A stretch of 64,000 bases of DNA from Octopus sinensis (Eukaryota): assembly GCF_006345805.1 (NCBI RefSeq), contig NC_043016.1, positions 24,800,001 through 24,864,000 on the forward strand, in the 5' to 3' direction. Below, in pieces: positions 1-11,300 of this stretch (positions are counted from its first letter, which is position 1; each line of letters starts with the position of its first letter). The translations under genes and the position numbers were made by a program. The notes beneath the pieces were generated by a model, which was not told where the DNA came from, did not search any database, and saw nothing but the letters and a program-made list of their open reading frames with translations.

Positions 1-204
1 TAAATGCTAAAGGGTTAAACTGGTATTTGGAACATGAATTAACATGGAATTTGGATCACTTTAAACAGGAAACTGGTATTGTAAACAAGAGTAGTCTTGT
101 GTGTGTTGACATCAAAGGGGGAAGTCAATTACTATACCTATATCTTAAATATTAAAAAAATATGTTTGTTAGGATTAAAATGACATTACGTAATCAGTGA
201 AGAG

Positions 205-312
205 AATTATAGCTATTATCATCATCATCATCATCATCATAATTTTCATCATCGTCATTTTCATCACCATCATTATCATCATCATCATAATCACCTCCAA
301 CATCATCATCAT
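205..312. repeat. Imperfect (CAT)n microsatellite
   Basis: Visible catcatcat tract; explains the Ile/Met-rich ORFs. Confidence 0.9.
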
Positions 313-659
313 TGTTTTAATGTTTACTTTGTGGAGACAGATTTTTTTGTCTGGATACCCTTCTTGCTGCCAATCCTCACCTGTTTCCAAGTAAGTCAAC
401 AGATATACGAGGGCATTGAGAGTGATAGCAGATAAGTGAGGTGTTAAGAACACAGGAGAGAGAAGGCACAGAAAGGAGGTGATTGACAATGGAATGAAGG
501 TGGTTCGAGGTGGGGAAATGAAGGTAACTAAGAAAGCAGGGGGATGTAGTAGTTGCCTAATCTGTTTTCAGGTGATAGAGAAGTGAAGAGTATAAGGGGA
601 TGAAATGAGGAGAGAAATGGTTGACGGGGTGGGGGCAGACAAGATGCAGTTGGGTGTGG

Positions 660-795
660 GGAACAGACACTCACAGACAAGCATTATACACACACACACA
701 CATACACACACACAGTGGGCTTCTTTCAGTTTCCATCAAGCAAGTCAACTTACTTTAGTCAGATCACAGTTATAGCAGAAGACACTTACCCAAGG
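660..795 (-). mobile_element. tRNA-derived SINE fragment
   Basis: Reverse complement of the SINE body seen at 28430 and 59524 (gggcttctttcagtttcc...agaagacacttacccaaggtg). Confidence 0.7.
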
Positions 796-1289
796 TGCTC
801 AGTTCATATCTGAACTGAGCTATAATCAGCACTGAATATTAAGTAGAACCCTGAATATTAAGTAGTCATAGCTTCCTTATAGAAAATAAGTTGTAAATAT
901 CTGTTGACTGTGTGCAAACAGCTGCTACACTGGCGAAAATAAATTTAAGACTGATGATAAAAGTTCTATTTCTTACAAAATATTTTGTTACTAACACCAT
1001 ACAAATTATTTATATCTTTTACATCTTATGCAGAATTTATTTCTCTTTCAAATGATGTAGACAATAACTATTTTTGTACAACTTGAAGAATTCTAATGCT
1101 AAATTAATATAAACATGTCCAATTTACTGGCAAAATTAGTTTAAGTTCATGCTAAAAAACCATCTAATCTAAAACAATTATTCGATTATATCAATGAAAT
1201 ATGGCAAAACATTCCCATAGAATTTTATAATCACTTAGCGAATTCAATGCTGAGGTGTTGTTCAGCCGTTATTAAGAATAAAGGCTACA

Positions 1290-1590
1290 TGGGAAAATAT
1301 TACCTCTCTTGCCAGTGACACATAAAAGGCACCAGTGCCAGTGACATAAAAGGCACTCATGACAGTGACACATAAAATACACCTGTGTCAGAGATATGTA
1401 AAAGACACCCAATACACTTTATGGAGTTGTTGGCATTAGGAAGGGCATCCAACCATAGAAATCTAGTCAAAACAGACTGGAGTCTGGGGAAGCTTTCTGG
1501 TTTACCAGCTCCAGTCAAACCATCTAACCCATTCCGGCATGGAAAATTGACCATAAATGATGATGATGATGATGATGATGAGGATGATGT
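1290..1590 (+). mobile_element. RTE-like LINE 3' UTR fragment with (GAT)n tail
   Basis: gttggcattaggaagggcatcc...aacccattccggcatggaaa followed by (gat)n, as at 63050-63200. Confidence 0.75.
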
Positions 1591-1779
1591 GAAAACAGGT
1601 GAGTGTTGGCAACAGGTACCCAACCATAGAAAATCTGCCTCAACAAATTCCTCCTGACTCAGGCAAGCTTGGTAGAGTGGATGTTAAATGACGATGATAT
1701 TGCTGATTTGCTTTTTACTAGTCATTTCATTGAATATCTTCATTGAATGCTTAATTAATTATCTAAAAATTTTCCCATT

Positions 1780-1950
1780 TAGGTGCAGGTGTGACTGTGT
1801 GGTAAGAAGTTTGCTCCCCAACCACATGGTTCTGTGTTCAGTCCCAAAGCATGGTACCTTGGACAAGAATCTTCTACTTTAGCCTTGGGCTGACCAAAGT
1901 CTTGAGAGTGGATTTGGTAGACGAAAACTGAAAGAAGCCCATCATATATA
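1780..1950 (+). mobile_element. tRNA-derived SINE (5' part)
   Basis: Degenerate A/B-box head followed by gtggatttggtagacgaaaactgaaagaagccc. Confidence 0.75.
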
Positions 1951-2178
1951 TACCACTTGTTGAGGTTGCTGCTGCTATTATTACCCCACGCACATGTCCA
2001 GCTAAGTTAAGAAAATCTCTTTTGTCTTAATCACATCATTCATCTAATAATACTAACCTGATAGTAACCTGATTTAAAATAACTCTCATATCGTTTACTT
2101 TAATTTTACAATATCCTAACTTTTATACTACTTACTTTAATTTTACAATATTTCCTCTTGTAGCATAGTCAAGTTTTT

Positions 2179-2235
<57 letters not shown>

Positions 2236-2569
2236 TCTCTCTGTCCTTCCTCTATCTGTCCTGGCTGCTATTTTCCAGCTGTCAAGTTACTCCCTTGCCT
2301 TTCTTATTTTCCCTATTTTGTGATTGAATACTCTCCACTGGTTGATCTTCTTCTTTCTATCAGTCTTAGCTACTGTATCCGGCAATGAAGTTGACCTTTT
2401 TTGCTCGTCAACTTCTGCCTGGAGACCTATTTAAACCCATCTTTGGTCATATGACGCCTAAATTTCACACTGCTTGTTGAGGTTGCTGCTGTTATTAATA
2501 CCCTGTGCATATGTCCAGCAGCATTTTACCTATTTGTAATGCATCCACCTAAACCTGCCCCTACCATCT

Positions 2570-2925
2570 CTACTGGAAAACTCTCTTATACTAGAAATAT
2601 CTCTTGTACTGGAAATCTCTCTTATACCTCAAATCTCTCTTATACCACAAATCTCTCTTATACCAGAAATCTCCTCTCTTATACTGACGATTTCCTTTCT
2701 TATATTGGTAAACTCCTCTCTTATACTTGAAATTTCCTCTCTTACCAGAAATCGCCTCTCTTATACCAGTGATCTTCTCTCTTATACCAGAAGTCTCCTC
2801 TCTTATACCCAAAATCTCCTCCCTTGTACCAGAAATCCCTCCTCTTCTCTTATACTGGTGATTCCATTCAAGGCTTCACCCACTGACCAACACCAGTATG
2901 GGAATCCTCTCCTCTGTACCAAAAG
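2570..2925. repeat. Degenerate ~18-21 bp minisatellite (aaatctctcttataccag)
   Basis: Repeated ctcttatac units; gives the LSYT-repeat ORFs. Confidence 0.8.
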
Positions 2926-3059
2926 ACTCTCTCAAATTAAACTTCAACCAATTTATTTATGTGTGCGGTAAAAATGCTTATATTGACAATGCTTGTACTA
3001 CACTCACTGCCAATAGGAGTAACAACTTTTAACATGATTGAATGATGCTTGATTAAAGC

Positions 3060-5342
3060 CAGACTAAACCATTATGACATGTCTGTTATCAAATGCTCAT
3101 TGAAACTTTTTTTCAGGTGCTGAATAACAATAACATCTCCCATAACATAGACAGAAATAATTACAGAGAAATCAAATTGCAGGACCAGATGATGAAAGTT
3201 ACAGAAAGGGTCAGATGAGATGCAGTTAATATTTGTGCCAGGCAGGAGCACAGCTGATGCTATATTCCCAGTTAGGCAACTGCAGGAGGAAAATCTAGCC
3301 AAAAATAAACCCCTCTACCTAGCTTTTGTTGACAAGGAGAAAGCATTCAACAGTCTCCAGTTCCCTTATCTGGTGGTCAATGCAGAAGCTAGGGATAGAT
3401 GAGTGGCTAGTGAGAGCTGTACAAACCATGTACAGAGGTGCTTTCAGTAAGGTGAAGATTAGCAATGAATATAGCGATGAATTCAGGGTATAAGTAGGGG
3501 TCCACCAAAGCTCAGTTCACAGCCCCCTCTTGTTCATCATAGTCCTTCAGGCAATAACAGAGGAATTTAAGACAAGCTGCACCTGGGAGCTCCTCGATGC
3601 TGATGACCTTGCTCTTATGGCTGAATCACTACTGGAACTAGAGAGAAAATTTCTGGTGTGGAAGCAAGGTCTAGAATCAAAGATCCTTAGAGTTAATCTA
3701 GCAAGAACTATAGTCTTAATAAGTAAGAGAGCAGACAAATCACAAATCTCTTTAGGAGGTAGATGACCCTACTCAATCTGTAGTAAAGGCTAAGGAAGAA
3801 ACTCCATAAGATGTACCTAGTGTAAGTTGTGGACACATAAGAGGTGCAGCAATATCAGAGGAAAGCTAATAGGGAAAATAGTTTTTGTGTATGGAAAGTG
3901 CACAAGTACAATTAACACTGAAAATATTAACAGTTATTGCCAAGCTAATATGGCAGTCCCTAAATATAGGACTAAAACTGCTGTTGATTAGCTCCAAGAG
4001 GCTATCGCCTCTAGCTAGCTATATGACACATGAACCTGTGTCCATTATAACCTTCGAACAGGGGAGCTCAGCCGCTTCCCCTTGCTGGTAAGCATCTGCA
4101 GACATGGTTTCAGGGTATTTGCCTGATACCCTGATACCCAGAGCGATGCCTGCTGGGTTTGGTTACTCTGCATTGATAAAGGGCAAATACCCTGAAACAT
4201 GTCTGCAGATGCCTGACCAGAAAGGGGAAGCAACTGACCTCCCCTGTTCGAAAGTTATAATGGACACAGGTTCGTGTGTCATATAGCTAGCTAGAGGCAA
4301 TGGCCTCTTGGAGCTAATCAACGGCAGCTTTAGTCCTATATTTATGGACAGCCATATTAGCTTCGCGATAACTGTTAATATCCAGTATCACTGCCGTAAT
4401 CTCCTTTAGAGAGACTTAGAAATAATAATATTTCTATGTACAGAAAATAGATTCTCTCCAATGCCAGGGGAAAAAACTAGAAGTAGCAGATAGCTTCCAT
4501 TATCTAAGGGATATGTAAGTAGCAGGGGTGGATGCTCCAAGAGCATAGCTGTGAGAATGAGCATAGGCAGGGCAAAGTTCAGAGAGCTCCTACTTCTGTT
4601 GGTAACAAAGGGTCTCTCTCTCAGAATGAAAGGTAGGTTGTATGATGCCTGTGTATGAACAGCCAGGCTACATGGCAATGAAACATGGGCTGTGAGTGCT
4701 GAAGATATAGGCTTGAAAGAAATTAATCTAATGTGCTTTGCTGGATGTGCAATGTCCATGTGTATGTTCAACAGAGTGTAAGCATCTCGAGAGAAAAGTT
4801 GAGCATAAGCGACATCAGATGTGGTGTGCAAGAGAGACAACTGCATTGGTATGGTCATGTGATCCAGATGAATGTGGACAGCTGTTTGAAGAAGTGCTGA
4901 TCTCAAACAGTGGAGGAAAGCTGTGGTAGAGGGAGATCACAGAATACATGGGACGAAGTGGTGAAGTGTGATCTTCAAACATTGGGCCTCACAGAGGCAA
5001 TGACTAGTGACTGAGACCTTTGGCAAGCAAGTGAAATCATAGTGATGGCTGTTGTCTCAGTCACGTAACTGGTACCCATACCAGTGGAATGTAAAAAGCA
5101 CTATTGAAGTGTTGGGCTTCACAGAAGCAATATGGCTGATGTTGGTCTCACATAAAAAGCACCTTTCAAGCATTGGGCCTCACATTTCGTAATATGCAGG
5201 GCTTTGTGAAGAAGACTCATCAAGCCAATTGACATTGTAGTTGTGACAGATATTGATGCCACACAACTGGCATCTGTGCCTCTGTCATCTATGCCTCTGG
5301 CATCTGTGCCTCTGGCATGTAAAAGCACTCATTACACTCGTG
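3060..5342 (+). mobile_element. Decayed RTE-like LINE (RT region to 3' UTR), interrupted by a foldback element and truncated by the satellite
   Basis: RT motifs FVPGRSTADAIF, YLAFVDKEKAF and LLDADD. Colinear with the copy at 60880-63200. Multiple stops and frameshifts. Confidence 0.9.
3924..4381. mobile_element. Foldback element with ~190-bp inverted arms, inserted in the LINE
   Basis: attaacagtt...cagggtatttgcc versus ggcaaataccctg...aactgttaat are reverse complements with few mismatches. Confidence 0.85.
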
Positions 5343-8300
5343 GAGTGGTTGGTGTTAGGAGTGGTTGGTGTTAGCAGTGGTTGGTGTTAGCAGTGGTTGG
5401 TGTTAGGGGTGGTTGGTGTTAGGAGTGGTTGGTGTTAGCAGTGGTTGGTGTTAGCAGTGGTTGGTGTTAGGAGTGGTTGGTGTTAGGAGTGGTTGGTATT
5501 AGCAGTGGTTCGTGTTAGCAGTGGTTGGTGTTAGCAGTGGTTGGTGTTAGGAGTGGTTGGTGTTAGCAGTGGTTGGTGTTAGGAGTGGTTGGTGTTAGCA
5601 GTGGTTGGTGTTAGGAGTGGTTGGTGTTAGGGGTGGTTGGCACTAGGAGTAATTGATGTTAGGAGTGGTGTGTTTAGGAGTGGTTGGTATTAGCAGTGGT
5701 TGGTGTTAGGAGTGGCTGGTGTTAGGAGTGGTTGGTGTTAGCAGTGTTGGTGGTTAGCATGGTTGGTGTTAGGAGTGGTTGGTGTTAGCAGTGGTTGGTG
5801 TTAGCAGTGGTTAGTGTTAGCAGTGGTTGGTGTTAGGAGTGGTTGGTGTTAGGAGTGGTTGGTATTAGCAGTGGTTGGTGTTAGGAGTGGGTGGTGTTAG
5901 CAGTGGTTGGTATTAGCAGTGGTGGTATTAGGAGTGGTTGGTGTTAGGAATTGTTGGCATTAGGAGTGGTTGGTGTTAGCAGTGGTGGTGTTAGCAGTGG
6001 TTGGTGTTAGAAGTGGTTGGTATTAGCAGTGGTTGGTGTAGGAGTGGTTGATGTTAGGATTGGTTGGTGTTAGGGGTGGTTTGGCACTAGGAGTAATTGA
6101 TGTAGGAGTGGTTGGTGTTAGGAGTGGTTGGTATTAGCAGTGGTTGGTGTTGGAGTGGCTGGTGTTAGCAGTGGTTTGGTGTTAGCAGTGTTGGTATAGC
6201 AGTGGTTGGTGTCAGCAGTGGTTGGTGTTCGGAGTGTTGGTATTAGCAGTGGTTGGTGTGTAGGGTTGGGTGGTTAGCATGTTTGGTATTAGCAGTGGTT
6301 GCGTTAGGAGTGGTTGGTGTTAGGAGTGGTTGGCATTAGGAGTGGTTTGGTGTTAGTAGTGGTTGGTTAGTAGTGGTTGGTGTTTGCAGTGGTTGGTGAT
6401 AGCAGTGGTTGGTATTAGCAGTGGTTGGTGTTAGGAGTGGTTGATGTTAGGATTGGTTGGTGTTAGGGGTGGTTGGCACTAGGAGTAATTGATGTAGGAG
6501 TTGGTTGGTGTTTAGGAGTGGTTTGTATTAGCAGTGGTTGGTGTTAGGAGTGCCTGGTGTTAACAGTGGTTGGGGTTAGCAGTGGTTGGTGTTAAGAGTG
6601 GTTGATGTTAGCAGTGGTTGGTGCTAGGAGTGGTTGATGTTAGGAGTGGTTGTGTTAGGGGTGGTTGCACTAGGAGTATTGATGTTAGGAGTGGTTGGTG
6701 TTTAGGAGTGGTTGGTATTAGCATGGTTGGTGTTAGGAGTGGCTGGTGTTAGCAGTAGTTGGTGTTAGCAGTGGTTGGTGTTAGCATTGGTTGCTGTTAG
6801 GAGTGGTTGATGTTAGGAGTGGTTGGTGTTAGGGGTGTTTGCACTAGGAGTAATTGATGTTAGGAGTGGTTGGTGTTAGGAGTGGTTGGTATTAGCAGTG
6901 GTTGGTGTCAGCAGTGGTTGGTGTTAGGAGTGGTTGGTGTTAGCAGTGGTTGGTGTTAACAGTGGTTGGTGTTAGCAGTGGTTGGTGTTAGCTGGTTGGT
7001 GTTGTTAGCAGTGGTTAGTGTTAGCAGTGGTTGGTGTTAGGAATGGTTGGTGTTAGGAGTGGTGGTATTAGCAGTGGTTGGTGTTAGGAGTGGTGGTGTT
7101 AGAAGTGGTTGGTATTAGCAGTGGTTGGTGTTAGGAGTGGTTGATGTTAGGATTGGTTGGTGTTAGGGGTGGTTGGCACTAGGAGTAATTGATATTAGGA
7201 GTGGTTGGTGTTAGGAGTGGTTGGTATTAGCAGTGGTTGGTGTTAGGAGTGGCTGGTGTTAGCAGTGGTTGGTGTTAGCAGTGGTTGGTGTTAGCAGTGG
7301 TTGGTGTTAGGAGTGGTGGGTGTTAGCAGTGGTTAGTGTTAGCAGTGGTTGGTGTAAGGAGTGGTTGGTGTTAGGAGTGGTTGGTATTAGCAGTGGTTGG
7401 TGTTAGGAGTGGGTGGTGTTAGCAGTGGTTGGTATTAGCAGTGGTTGGTATTAGGAGTGGTTGGTGTTAGGAGTGGTTGGCATTAGGAGTGGTTGGTGTT
7501 AGCAGTGGTTGGTGTTAGCAGTGGTTGGTGTTAGAAGTGGTTGGTATTAGCAGTGGTGGGTGTTAGGAGTGGTTGATGTTAGGATTGGTTGGTGTTAGGG
7601 GTGGATGGCACTAGGAGTAATTGATGTTAGGAGTGGTTGGTGTTAGGAGTGGTTGGTATTAGCAGTGGTTGGTGGTTAGGAGTGGCTGGTGTTAGCAGTG
7701 GTGGTGTTAGCAGTGGTTGGTATTAGCAGTGGTTGGTGTCAGCAGTGGTTGGTGGGGGGGCGGAGTGGTTGGTGTTAGCAGTGGTTGGTGTTAACAGTGG
7801 TTGGTGTTAGCAGGGTTGGTGGTTGGTGTTAGCAGTGGTTGGTGTTAGCAGTGGTTAGTGTTAGCAGTGGTTGGTGTTAGAAGTGGTTGGTGTTAGGAGT
7901 GGTTGGTAAGCAGTGGTTGGTTGTTCGGAGTGGGTGTGTTTAGAAGTGGTTGGTATTAGCAGTGGTTGGTGTTAGGAGTGTTGGTGTTAGAGTGGTTGGT
8001 GTTACAGTGGTTGCCATAGGAGTGGTTGGTGTTAGCAGTGTTGGTGTTTAGCAGTGGTTGGTGTTAGGAGTGGTTGATGTTAGCAGTGTTTGGGATTAGC
8101 ATTGGTGGTTTGAGTGGGTGTTGTTAGGAGGTGGGTTGGGGTGTTAGGAGTGGTTGCATTAGGAGTGGGTGGTGTTAGGTCAGTGGTTAGTGTTGCCAGT
8201 GGTTGGTGTTAGGAGTGGTTGGTGTTAGCAGTGGTTGGTATTAGCAGTGGTGTTTTAGTGAGTGGGTGGTGTTAGGAGTGGTTGGTATTGCAGTGGTTGG

Positions 8301-11300
8301 TGTTAGGAGTGGTTTGGTGTTAGGAGTGGTGGTTGTTAGGAGTGGTTGGTATTAGCAGTGGTTGGTGTTTTAGGGAGTGGTTGGTGTTATCAGTGAGTGG
8401 TTGGCATTAGGAGTGGTTGGTGTTAGCAGTGGTTGGTGTTAGCAGTGGTTGGTGTTAGAGTGGTTGGTAATTAGCATGGTTGGTGTTAGCAGTGGTTGAT
8501 GTTAGGATTGGTTGGTGTTTAGGGGTGGGTTCCACTAGGATAATTGATGTTAGGAGTGGTTGGTGTTAGGAGTGGTTGGTATTAGCGTGGTTGGTGTTAG
8601 GAGTGTCTGGTGGTTAGCATTGGTTGGTGTTAGCAGTGGGTTGGTGTATTAGCAGTGGTTGGTGTCAGCGTGGTTGGTGTGTCGGAGTGGTGGTGTTGCA
8701 GTTGGTTGGTGTTACAGTGTTGGTGTTAGCAGTGGGTTGGTGTTAGCAGTGGTTGGTGTTAGCAGTGGTTAGCAGTGGTTGGTGTTCGGAGTGGTTGGTG
8801 TTAGCAGTGGTTGGTGTTAACAGTGGTTGGTGTTAGCAGTGGTTGGTGTTAGCAGTGGTTGGTGTTAGCAGTGGTTAGTGTTAGCAGTGGTTGGTGTTAG
8901 GAATGGTTTGTGTTAGAAGTGGTTGGTATTAGCAGTGGTTGGTGTTAGGAGTGGGTGGTGTTAGAAGTGGTTGGTATTAGCAGTGGTTGGTGTTAGGAGT
9001 GGTTGGTGTTAGGAGTGGTTGGTGTTAGCAGTGGTTGCCATTAGGAGTGGTTGGTGTTAGCAGTGGTTGGTGTTAGCAGTGGTTGGTGTTAGGAGTGGTT
9101 GATATTAGCAGTGTTTGGTATTAGCAGTGGTTGGTGTTAGGAGTGGTTGGTGTTAGGAGTGTTTGGTGTTAGGAGTGGTTGGCATTAGGAGTGGTTGGTG
9201 TTAGCAGTGGTTAGTGTTAGCAGTGGTTGGTGTTAGGAGTGGTTGGTGTTAGCAGTGGTTGGTATTAGCAGTGGTTGGTGTTAGGAGTGGGTGGTGTTAG
9301 AGTGGTTGGTATTAGCAGTGGTGGGTGTTAGGAGTGGTTGGTGTTAGGAGTGGTTGGTGTTAGGAAGTGGTTGGTATTAGGCAGTGGTTGGTGTTAGGAG
9401 TGGGTGGTGTTAGCAGTGGTTGGTATTAGCATGGGTGGTGTTAGGAGTGGTTGGTGTTAGGAGTGGTTGGTGTTAGGAGCGGTTGGTATTAGCAGTGGTT
9501 GGTGTTAGGAGTGGGTGGTGTTAGCAGTTGTTGGTATTAGCAGTGGTTTGGGTGTTAGGATGGTTGGTGTTAGGAGTGGTTGGCATTAGGAGTGGTTGGT
9601 GTTAGCAGTGGTTGGTGTTTGCAGTGGTTGGTGTTAGCAGTGTTGGTATTAGCAGTGGTTGGTGTTAGGAGTGGTTGATGTTAGGATTGGTTGGTGTGTT
9701 AGGGGTTGTTGGCACTAGGAGTAATTGATGTTAGGAGTGGTTGGTGTTAGGAGTGGGTTGGTATTAGCAGTGGTTGGTGTTAGGAGTGGCTGGTGTTAGC
9801 AGTGGTTGGTGTTAGCAGTGGTTGGTGTTAGCAGTGGTTGGTGTTAGCAGTGGTTGGTGCTAGGAGTGGTTGATGTTAGGAGTGGTTGGTGTTAGGGGTG
9901 GTTGGCACTAGGAGATAAGTTGATGTTAGGATTGGTTGGTGTTAGGAGTGGTTGGTATTAGCAGTGTTGGTGTTAGGAGTGGCTGGTGTTAGGAGATGGT
10001 TGGTGTTAGCAGTGGTTGGTGTTAGCAGTGGTTGGTGTTAGGAGTGGTTGGTTGTTAGGAGTTGGTATGGGCTTAGGAGTGGTTGGTGTTAGCAGTGGTT
10101 TGTGTTAGCATGGTTGGTGTTAGTGCATTGGTTGGTATTAGCAGTGGTTGGTGTTAGGAGTGGTTGATGTTAGGATTGGTTGGTGTTTAGGGGTGTTGGC
10201 ACTAGGAGTAATTGATTTTAGGAGTGGTTGTTGTTAGGGAGTGGTTGGTATTAGGCAGTGGTTGGTGTTTAGTAGTGGCTGTGTTAGGCAGTGGTTGGTG
10301 TTAGGCAGTGGTTGGTATTAGCAGTGGTTGGTGTCAGGCAGTGGTTGGTGTTACATTGGTTAGTGTTAGCAGTGGTTGGTGTTAGGAATGGTTGGTGTTA
10401 GGAGTGGTTGGTATTTGGCAGTGGTTGGTATAGGAGTGGTTGGTGTTTAGGAGTGTTGGCATTAGGAGTGGTTGGTGTTAGCAGTGGTTGGTGTAGCAGT
10501 GTTGGTGTTAGAATTGGTTGGTATTAGCAGTGGTGGGTGTTAGGAGTGGTTTTTTTTTAGGGTTTTTTTTGTTTTTTTTGGTTTTTGGATTTTTTGATGT
10601 TAGGATTGGGTTGTGTTAGGGGTGGTTGGCACTAGAGTAATTGATGTTATGAGTGTTGGGTTAGGAGTGTTGGTATTAGCAGTGGTTGGTTGTTAGGAGT
10701 GGCTGGTGTTAGCAGTGGTTGGTGTTAGCAGTGGTTGGTATTACAGTGTTGGTGTCAGCAGTGGTTGGTGTTCGGCAGTGTTGGTGTTAGCAGTGGTGGT
10801 GTTAACAGTGGTTGGTGTTAGCAGTGGTTGGTGTTAGCAGTGTGTGTTAGGGGCAGTGGTTGTGTTAGCAGTGGTTGGTGTTAAGGATGGTTGGTGTTAG
10901 CATGTTGGTATTAGGAGTGGTTGGTGTTAGTGGGTGGTGTTAGAAGTGGTTGGTATTAGCAAGTGGTTGGTGTTAGGAGTGGTTGGTGTTAGGAAGTGTG
11001 GGTGTTAGCAGTGGTTGCCATTAGGAGTGGTTGGTGTTAGCAGTGGTTGTGTTAGCAGTGGTTGGTGTTAGGAGTGGTTGGATATTAGCAGTGTTTGTAT
11101 TAGCAGTGGTTGGTGTTCGGAGTGGTTGGTGTTAGGATTGGTGGTTGTTAGGAGTGGTTGGCATTAGGAGTGGGGTGTTAGCAGTGGTTAGTGTTAGCAG
11201 TGGTTGGTGTTAGGATGTGTTGGTGTTGCAGTGGTTGGTATTAGCAGTGGTTGGTGTTAGGAGTGGGTTGTGTTAGGAGAGTGGGTGGTATTAGCAGTGG

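Noticed and set aside
4225-4265. Hammerhead-like CTGACCA...TCCCCTGTTC GAAA in the 3924-4381 foldback
   Set aside because: The core is broken, the mirror arm lacks CUGA, and there is no NUH triplet.
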